NCBI GenBank assembly: GCA_963823555.1
Contig: CAWGMA010000001.1
Span: 1,248,001 to 1,312,000, forward strand
Direction of reading: 5' to 3'
DNA length: 64,000 nucleotides
DNA from: Candidatus Eiseniibacteriota bacterium
Lineage (GTDB): Bacteria; Eisenbacteria; RBG-16-71-46; CAVPCR01
The notes beneath the pieces were generated by a model that was given only the letters and a program-made list of their open reading frames with translations, had not been told where the DNA came from and ran no database searches. This document shows positions 57,304-64,000 of this stretch, piece by piece (within the stretch, counting starts at the first letter, position 1; every line of letters starts with the position of its first letter). A program made the position numbers and the translations under genes.

Positions 57304-58266
57304 GTGGCGCGGACGACACCGATACCCTCTCGACCTCCACGGCGCCGGGACTCCGAAGCCCGGGCGCGGCTTGCCGCATTCCTCGATCACCTCGCCCTCG
57401 AGAGACGCTTATCACCCAATTCCGTCGAGGCTTATCAGCGTGATCTGATCCGTTTTCTGGATTCGATCGGGGTTGCGAGTGAACATGAACTCGCGGACCT
57501 TGGTTACAGGCACGTGGCTGAGCACATGAGAGTGCTGGCCGAGGCCGGACTCAAGGCCTCATCGGTGGCGCGCCATCAGTCGGCGATCCGGGGCTTCCTG
57601 GCCTACCTGGTCAGCCAGGGCGTCCTGGCCCGGAATCCAGCTGCCGATCTCGGGCGGCCACGCACGCAGCGCCGGCTGCCGCGAACCATATCGGTCGAGG
57701 AGATCGAGGTCCTTCTCGCCCAGCCCGATCCGGCGACCGTTCTGGGTTGTCGGGACGCGGCTCTGCTGGAGGTGCTCTACGCCACGGGCATCCGCGTTTC
57801 AGAGGCCACGACGCTCACGGGAGCCTCCCTCAAGATGGACCAGGGGTATCTCGTGTGTTTCGGAAAGGGTGGCAAGGAGCGGGCCGTACCGCTTGGGAAG
57901 CCAGCCATCGCGGCCGTGCACAGGTACCTGGAGGGGAGCCGCCCGGTCCTCCTGAAGCGCCGGCCTGGGGGCCGGGGAGAGCCACCGTTGTTCCTCAACC
58001 ACCGTGGCGGGGGGCTGACGCGGGCCGGGGTCTTCGAGATCATCAAGCGCCATGCCCGGGCGGCCGGTCTCCTCCGCCCCGGGCGACCGATCGGGCCGCA
58101 CCTGCTCCGCCATGCCTTTGCTACCCATCTCCTCATGGGTGGAGCCGATCTACGGGTGGTCCAGGACCTCCTCGGTCATGCCTCGATCACGACCACCCAG
58201 GTGTACACCCACGTTGAGCGCGACGCCCTGCGCGAGGTTCATTCCCGCTTCCACCCCCGGGGCTGA
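57304..58266 (+). CDS. xerD: tyrosine recombinase XerD
   Basis: LERRLSPNSVEAYQRDL, RDAALLEVLYATGIRVSE, FGKGGKER, PHLLRHAFATHLL.GGADLRVVQ.LLGHA.ITTTQVYTHV, FHPRG. Confidence 0.92.
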   Translation: MARTTPIPSRPPRRRDSEARARLAAFLDHLALERRLSPNSVEAYQRDLIRFLDSIGVASEHELADLGYRHVAEHMRVLAEAGLKASSVARHQSAIRGFLAYLVSQGVLARNPAADLGRPRTQRRLPRTISVEEIEVLLAQPDPATVLGCRDAALLEVLYATGIRVSEATTLTGASLKMDQGYLVCFGKGGKERAVPLGKPAIAAVHRYLEGSRPVLLKRRPGGRGEPPLFLNHRGGGLTRAGVFEIIKRHARAAGLLRPGRPIGPHLLRHAFATHLLMGGADLRVVQDLLGHASITTTQVYTHVERDALREVHSRFHPRG

Positions 58267-58354
58267 TACACTTTTCCGTTCCGGTGAATACCCCCCCCGG
58301 GGTCGGGATGGCGAGGCCCTACCAGGCTCCCCCAGCAACAAGGAGGGACCGGGC

Positions 58355-59002
58355 GTGACGAGAGCCACAGCGAGTTCGCGCGCTGGATCAGTCGGCGGCG
58401 GTCCCGTGCACCGCGTGCAGCCGCCCGCGGTCCGTGTGGGGCTCCTGACCGCAGCGGTGGCCGCATTGCTTTGCCTGGCTGGTTCGGCCTCGGCCCAGGA
58501 GCGGCCCGGGACCCTGAGCCTGGGTATCCAGGGGCAGTACGGCTTCATCTTCGGCCCCTCGGATTTCTCTGAGGACTTCAACAATGGCGCCGGGTTCGGC
58601 GTGCGCATTCGCTATGCGCTCGGCGGGCCCCAGGCCTTCGGCATTTCGTTCGAGAGCCAGACCTTCGGTCCGACCCCGGAGCCGGGGGACGAGAACCCGC
58701 CCAGGGATCTCAGGCTCGCCAACGTCTCGGTCGAGTACCTGCGCTACTTCAATCGCGGGCAGGGTCGGTCGCAGTATGCCGTGTTCGGGGGAGGTCTCTT
58801 CCATCCGACCGAGGTGCGAGAGCGAGGGGTCGCGGCCGTCTCTGATGGGCTCTTGCTGGTGGGTGGTGCCGGTGTCGAGATCTTCGTGCGGAGAACGACG
58901 GCAGTGGACCTGTCGCTGCGAGTGAACGGCCTCCTGGGAGGGGATGCCTTTTCGGCCACCGTGGAAGCAGCGGCCGGCTTTCACTTCTACCTCATCAAGT
59001 GA
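58355..59002 (+). CDS. outer-membrane beta-barrel protein
   Basis: Signal peptide ending SASA-Q, alternating amphipathic strands, C-terminal GFHFYLIK. Confidence 0.72.
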   Translation: MTRATASSRAGSVGGGPVHRVQPPAVRVGLLTAAVAALLCLAGSASAQERPGTLSLGIQGQYGFIFGPSDFSEDFNNGAGFGVRIRYALGGPQAFGISFESQTFGPTPEPGDENPPRDLRLANVSVEYLRYFNRGQGRSQYAVFGGGLFHPTEVRERGVAAVSDGLLLVGGAGVEIFVRRTTAVDLSLRVNGLLGGDAFSATVEAAAGFHFYLIK

Positions 59003-59077
59003 AAGCGAAACGGCGCTCGACGGGCGCCGCGAGGGAGCGATAGCAACAGGGATGCAGCACGAGGGTTGGCTTCGGTC

Positions 59078-61288
59078 ATGAGCGCACGGCCTCGCTTTCG
59101 CGTCGGCGAGCGACTGATTCACTCGCGCTTCGGCACCGGGCTCGTGGTCGAGGTCCGCGAGCGTGGCTTCTACGACATCCTGGAAGTCGCTTTCGACGAC
59201 GACGTCCGGCGCCTGACCTCGATTCATCCCGACATCGTCGGCCGGGAGCCGATGCCGGGCGAGGACGTGCACGGGCCTCGGTCCGTGTCAGCGGGGGAAG
59301 GTGGTCCGGGACCCTCGCCTGCGGTCAAGGCGAACTCCACCCCGGCGAGCCCAGTGGCGGTCGAGGCGGAGACCGGATCACGGGTTCCTCCTGAGGCCGA
59401 GCGGGAAGACCGTGGGTCGGAGACATCTGGACCTCAGGGCACCACAGAGGCGCTCCATGCTGCGTCGCGGCAGCGGGCGGCGGCGATCATCGCCGCCGAG
59501 GAGAAGGCCAAGGATGCGGTCGCAACGCGGCGGCCGCGGCGCCGGAGCCCGTTCGCGCACCCGGCACTCACGCTCGACCGCACTCACATCTCGCTGCTCG
59601 GCAGGCACCGCCGCGCGCATTTCGATCCCTACCGCGAAGTTCGGCTGCGCCTCATGGCCGAGGAGCTTGTGGCGCGACGCGCCTCGAGCGAGCTCGTTGC
59701 GGTCGACACCATGCGCGATGTCATTCGCTACGCTCATCAGGAGCACGCCGTGCGGCGGGTGATGGATGAGATGCGGGGGCGCGCGCTGCTCGCCGACGAG
59801 GTCGGGCTCGGCAAGACGATCGAGGCCGGCATGATCCTCACGGAGTACGTGCTGCGCGGTCTCGTGCGGCGGGCATTGATCCTGGTGCCGGCCGCACTGC
59901 AGCGGCAGTGGCGCGATGAGCTCCGGCTCAAGTTCGGGCTCAGCTTCCACATTCGCCGCCGAGGCGAGCGTTTCCGGGGGCATCCCTTCCTCATCACGAC
60001 ACTCGACACCGCACGGGTGTCGCGTAATCAGGAAGAGATCCTCGCCGAGAACTACGATATCGTCGTCGTCGACGAGGCGCATCGACTCAAGAATCACCGC
60101 ACGCTCAGCTATGGGTTCGCCGCCGCTCTGGCCAGCCGCCGGCTCCTGCTCTTGACAGCGACTCCGGTGCACAACGACCTGCGCGAGCTCTACAACCTGG
60201 TGACTCTGCTCAAGCCCGGCGTCCTGGGCACGGCCAGCGAGTTCCGCCGGGGTCACATCGCGCGGGGCGACAAGCGGATGCCGCGGAATCCGCAGCTCCT
60301 CGGCCGGCGGCTGCGCCAGGTGATGGTGCGCACGCGGCGGGAGGACACGGCGATCCCGTTTCCCCGGCGCACGGCCGAGACCGTGCTCGTGCCGCTGACC
60401 CCGGAGGAACGCGCGCTCTACGACGATGTGACGCGCTTCGTGCGCCACACCTGTCGCGACCAGGACCTGCGGCGAGCGGCCGCGGGGTGGCATCTGACAC
60501 TTCTCGTGTTGCAGAAGGAGATCGGCAGTTCATCCCGCGCCGCGGTGCATACCCTGGAGCGGCTCAAGGCTCGGGCCCCGCAGGCCGAGGTGAGGGCGGA
60601 GGCCGAGGCGCTGGCCGAGCGGGCGCGGACCATTCAGGCCGCAAGCAAACTGACGCGGCTCCTGGATATCGTCTCGGCCGTAGACGACAAGGCCATCGTC
60701 TTCACCCAGTTCCGCGGCACGCTGCACTATATCGCCGATGCCCTGCGCGAGCGCGGTCTCGAGGTGGTCACCTTCTACGGAGGCATGACCGATGCCCAGC
60801 GGGAGGAGGCGGTCCAGCGCTTCCGCCAGTCGGCGCGCATCTTCGTTTCCACCGATGCCGGTGGTGAGGGCGGAAACCTGCAGTTCTGCCGGCGCGTGAT
60901 CAACTTCGACCTGCCGTGGAATCCGATGAAGGTCGAGCAACGCATCGGGCGCGTGCATCGACTGGGGCAGGAACGCGACGTCTTCGTACACAATTTCTCG
61001 GCGCAAGCGACCCTCGAGGCCCGCGTGCTCGAGATCCTGCAGCTCAAGCTCAACATGTTCGAGCTCGTGGTGGGCGAGCTGGATCTGATCCTCGGCAACT
61101 ACCCGGAGGCTCCCGCCATCGAGGAGACCGTGTTCAAGATCTGGACCGCGAGCGAGGACGAGCAGGAGATCGATCACGGCTTTCGCAAGCTCGGAGAGGA
61201 GCTCGTGGTCGCGCGCGAGCGCTATGAGCGCATCCGGGAACTTGACCGGGAGATCTTCGATCTCCTGCGCACGGAGATCGGCGAATGA
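59078..61288 (+). CDS. SNF2-family ATPase (YqhH/RapA-like) with N-terminal Tudor-like domain
   Basis: LLADEVGLGKTIEAG, VVDEAH, LLTATP, IVFTQF, STDAGGEG.NLQ, NFDLPWNP..VEQRIGRVHRLGQ. Confidence 0.92.
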   Translation: MSARPRFRVGERLIHSRFGTGLVVEVRERGFYDILEVAFDDDVRRLTSIHPDIVGREPMPGEDVHGPRSVSAGEGGPGPSPAVKANSTPASPVAVEAETGSRVPPEAEREDRGSETSGPQGTTEALHAASRQRAAAIIAAEEKAKDAVATRRPRRRSPFAHPALTLDRTHISLLGRHRRAHFDPYREVRLRLMAEELVARRASSELVAVDTMRDVIRYAHQEHAVRRVMDEMRGRALLADEVGLGKTIEAGMILTEYVLRGLVRRALILVPAALQRQWRDELRLKFGLSFHIRRRGERFRGHPFLITTLDTARVSRNQEEILAENYDIVVVDEAHRLKNHRTLSYGFAAALASRRLLLLTATPVHNDLRELYNLVTLLKPGVLGTASEFRRGHIARGDKRMPRNPQLLGRRLRQVMVRTRREDTAIPFPRRTAETVLVPLTPEERALYDDVTRFVRHTCRDQDLRRAAAGWHLTLLVLQKEIGSSSRAAVHTLERLKARAPQAEVRAEAEALAERARTIQAASKLTRLLDIVSAVDDKAIVFTQFRGTLHYIADALRERGLEVVTFYGGMTDAQREEAVQRFRQSARIFVSTDAGGEGGNLQFCRRVINFDLPWNPMKVEQRIGRVHRLGQERDVFVHNFSAQATLEARVLEILQLKLNMFELVVGELDLILGNYPEAPAIEETVFKIWTASEDEQEIDHGFRKLGEELVVARERYERIRELDREIFDLLRTEIGE

Positions 61289-62451
61289 CGACGTCGAGCG
61301 CGGCGGATCGCGAGCGTTTCGTGCGCGATTTTCTCCGCTTTCACGGGGCGAAGCTCGTGGGCCCGCTCCGCGGTCCCTTCACGGCCGAGCTGCCGCCGGC
61401 ACTGGCGCGGCGGCTCAAGGCCCGCGAGCCCACGTTCGTGTTCCGGGCCGCGGACCTGGCTGAGCACCCGGGAGCCGTGCTCGTCGCGCCGGGCAATCCG
61501 ATCTTCGATCGCATGTTGCGCATCGCCCGTGGGGGAGGGGCGGTGAGCCGCCGCTACCTGCGGCCGGATCGCGAGCTGGATCCAGCGGCTGTCCTGGCCG
61601 GGATCGCGCCTGGAGGCCGCATGATCCTCGGCGAGGCGATCTACCGCCCGCGCGTGCTCTTCACCTTTCGCATCGCCTACCGAGCCTTCGACGGCTTCGA
61701 TGAGATTCGGGCCATCATGGTCGACGTGCCGGCCGGTGCGCTGACCGGAGCGCGCGCCCAGGATGGCCGTGACTTCTTTCGCAATCTGAACCTCGCCGAC
61801 GAGCCGGATCCGCAGGTTGCAACACGCCCGGACATCGACCTGAGCGCCCTGCACGGACTGGCCCTGGCCGCGCTGGAGACCCGGCTCGGGCCCCAGGTGG
61901 GGAAGTTCGCGCAGCGGGCTGACGCGCTCCTCGCCCGGGAGAACGAGCGGCTCCAGGAGTTCTACCTGGCGCTCATCGAAGAAGAGAAGGTTCGTCTCCA
62001 GAAGCGGGGGGGCCGCGCCGCCGTCGCCGCGGTGCCCCGCAAGCTCGAGTGGCTGAAGCGCGCGCAGCGTGAGATGCGTCTGTTCGCCCCCGAGGTGCGA
62101 GTGAGCCTGCTCGGCCTGGAGGAGATCTGGGTGCCCATTCGCCTGCTCGCAGGCTCGGGCGCGGAGGGGGAGGAGCCTCTCGGCGAGCTCGACCTGGCCA
62201 CCGGCGAGGTGCGGGCCATCGTCTGTCAGGCCTGCGGCGATCCGGTCGCCGAAACCGTGGTGTGCGCTGGCGGGCACCTCGTCTGCGGGCGCTGCCGGCG
62301 GAGCTGCGAGCGCTGTGGCGCGGCGACCTGCCCGCGGTGTGCCGGGCCGGCCGTTGTCGGGTCTCCGGGCGTGTGCTACGATGCCCCGTCTCTCGATCCC
62401 AGTGGAAGCGTGCATTGCCCGGCCTGTGCCGAGGCCAGCCGCCCGGGCTAG
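61285..62451 (+). CDS. YqhG-like helicase partner with C-terminal Cys-rich zinc-binding region
   Basis: ATGA overlap with the SNF2 gene; F..VAPGNPIF, E..RLQEFY; C-terminal CQAC, C...HLVCGRC, CERC, CPRC, CPAC. Confidence 0.65.
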   Translation: MTTSSAADRERFVRDFLRFHGAKLVGPLRGPFTAELPPALARRLKAREPTFVFRAADLAEHPGAVLVAPGNPIFDRMLRIARGGGAVSRRYLRPDRELDPAAVLAGIAPGGRMILGEAIYRPRVLFTFRIAYRAFDGFDEIRAIMVDVPAGALTGARAQDGRDFFRNLNLADEPDPQVATRPDIDLSALHGLALAALETRLGPQVGKFAQRADALLARENERLQEFYLALIEEEKVRLQKRGGRAAVAAVPRKLEWLKRAQREMRLFAPEVRVSLLGLEEIWVPIRLLAGSGAEGEEPLGELDLATGEVRAIVCQACGDPVAETVVCAGGHLVCGRCRRSCERCGAATCPRCAGPAVVGSPGVCYDAPSLDPSGSVHCPACAEASRPG

Positions 62452-62523
62452 ACGGCAACACCCCGGCATCCTCTCTCAGCCAGCAGCCAGGCGGCTGCTC
62501 AGCCGGGCGACCAAGGAGTATCC

Positions 62524-63264
62524 GTGGTTCAGAAGCGCCTCACGAAACGCCAGATGAAGGAGGACCCGCTCCTCACCTGGACCGTGCGCATCGAGAACTA
62601 CTTCGAGACCAATCTCAAGCGCATTGCCCTCGTTGCGCTCGGCATCGCCGTCGCGGTCGCTCTGGTCTTCGTCGTGCGGGGAGCCCGGCGCGGCGCCGAG
62701 AGCGAGGCCTCCGAGCTCCTTGCGCAGGCCCAGTTCGCGCTGTGGTCGGGGGATGCCAGCCAGGCCGCCACGGTTGCCAGTCAGGTGGTCGAGCGCTCTT
62801 CGGGCACGCGAAGTGGCCGCATGGCCTATCTCGTGCAGGGCGACGCGCTCTTGCAGACCGGTGACGCCGAGGGTGCGATCACCGCCTACCGGACGTTCCT
62901 CGATCGCGAGCGCCACGACGACACCATGCGTCTGGTGGCGCGCCGCGGTCTGGCGGTTGCCCTCGACGATGCAGGGAAGTACGCGGAGGCGGCCCAGGCC
63001 TACGAGGAGCTGGCACGAGAGGGTCAAGGAGCGCTCGCCGAGCGCCGGCCGTCCCCGACGCGCCCCGGCATGCCCAAGCCGGAGGCCGCGATCATCCAGG
63101 ATCTCATGTCAGCGGCTCGCAGCTATGAGCGAACCGGAGACCCCGCCAAGGCTCAGACCCTCTACCAGGAGATCATCGACAAGTATCCGACCGAGATGCA
63201 GACGGTCGATGCCAAGCTTCGCCTGTTCGAGCTCGAGCAGCGTACCGCTGGCAGCTCGTCCTAG
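62524..63264 (+). CDS. membrane-anchored TPR protein (YfgM-like)
   Basis: KRLTKRQMKED, single N-terminal TM helix, TPR helices, Y.EIIDKYP. Confidence 0.75.
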   Translation: MVQKRLTKRQMKEDPLLTWTVRIENYFETNLKRIALVALGIAVAVALVFVVRGARRGAESEASELLAQAQFALWSGDASQAATVASQVVERSSGTRSGRMAYLVQGDALLQTGDAEGAITAYRTFLDRERHDDTMRLVARRGLAVALDDAGKYAEAAQAYEELAREGQGALAERRPSPTRPGMPKPEAAIIQDLMSAARSYERTGDPAKAQTLYQEIIDKYPTEMQTVDAKLRLFELEQRTAGSSS

Positions 63265-63332
63265 GAAGGGCCGAAACCCGCAGCGCGGGTCTCGGATTCG
63301 AGACGCCCGAGAAGAGGTCCCTCGCAACGCCG

Positions 63333-64000
63333 ATGGCGGAACCGCGCCACCAGAAGATCTGTCTCGCCCTGGTGTGGCACATGCATCAGCCACACTACGA
63401 AAACCCCTTTACCGGCCAGTTCGAGTTGCCCTGGGTCCGGCTTCACGGGACCAAGGACTACTACGACATGGCCGCGCTCGCCGAGAACTACCCGCGAGTA
63501 CGCTTCACGATCAACGTCGTGCCGAGCCTGCTCGAGCAGATCGACGACTATGTGAGCGGCCGCCGTACCGATCGCTTCTTCGATCTGTCGCGGCGCGGGC
63601 CGGCCGAACTCGACGCCGAGGAGCGTCGCTTCGTGGAGGAGAACTTCTTCTCCGCCAATGAGGCGACCATGCTCACCCGTTACCCGCGGCTGAGCGAGCT
63701 CCATCGGCGGTTCCGGAACCGGCTCCCCGGCCGGCAGGAACAGCTGTTCTCCGATTCCGAGCTCCGCGACCTCATCGTCCTCTTCAACCTGGTCTGGATC
63801 GACCCCACGTTCTTCGTCGATCCGGAGCTCAAGCGACTGGCGGACAAGGGCCGGCACTTCAGCGAGGAGGACAAGCACCAGGTCCTGGACCGGCACCTCG
63901 AGATTCTCGCCTCGATCGCGCCTCTCTACCGGCGGCTCGCCGATGCCGGGCGGATCGAGCTCGCGGTGAGCCCCTACTATCATCCGATCCTCCCTCTCCT
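63333..64000 (+). CDS. glycoside hydrolase family 57 protein (3' end runs off window)
   Basis: Not in ORF track. From ATG at 63333: LALVWHMHQPHY, LPWVRLHGTKDYYDM, NVVPSLLEQI, IELAVSPYYHPILPL. Confidence 0.9.
   Translation, partial: MAEPRHQKICLALVWHMHQPHYENPFTGQFELPWVRLHGTKDYYDMAALAENYPRVRFTINVVPSLLEQIDDYVSGRRTDRFFDLSRRGPAELDAEERRFVEENFFSANEATMLTRYPRLSELHRRFRNRLPGRQEQLFSDSELRDLIVLFNLVWIDPTFFVDPELKRLADKGRHFSEEDKHQVLDRHLEILASIAPLYRRLADAGRIELAVSPYYHPILPL

Noticed and set aside
24657..58266. Two tyrosine recombinases as integrases bounding a genomic island
   Set aside because: Both have XerC/XerD size and motifs and sit in housekeeping context; the DNA between them holds core genes (argF, dapAB, rpsT); no att repeats, tRNA or phage genes seen.
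63271..63295. Intrinsic terminator after the TPR gene
   Set aside because: An imperfect stem is present but has no U-tract, and the co-oriented GH57 gene starts about 40 nt later.

Overview
High-GC (roughly 70% by eye) chromosomal window of a diderm bacterium. A FlgD-Ig/T9SS-like C-terminal domain, a PD40-Omp85 protein and a Big_5 lipoprotein suggest an FCB-type lineage (inference). Most genes are housekeeping: efp, purN-purC-purH-guaA, secA, smg-topA-trmFO...xerC, argF, dapA-dapB, rpsT, xerD, plus envelope proteins. Four loci stand out. (1) A minus-strand six-gene operon (26419-34565): atypical HD protein, PrpD, fungal-type single-chain homoaconitase, homoisocitrate/isocitrate dehydrogenase-like enzyme, CitD-CitE fusion and CitF. 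It is a candidate undescribed (homo)citrate pathway. (2) A compatible-solute cluster: gpgS plus a sugar ABC transporter facing TetR-DUF5752-treT-otsB-otsA-ClC, preceded by three tandem ATGAC-N6-GTCAT palindromes. (3) A degenerate PP2C-like domain fused through a TM helix to a PQQ-type beta-propeller. (4) A YqhH-like SNF2 ATPase with an N-terminal Tudor-like domain and a Cys-rich YqhG-like partner. secA and the citrate-lyase operon carry many indels that look like consensus errors, not pseudogenisation, so their coordinates are approximate. I saw no rRNA, tRNA, CRISPR array or transposase. All family calls come from motif recognition by eye, not database searches.
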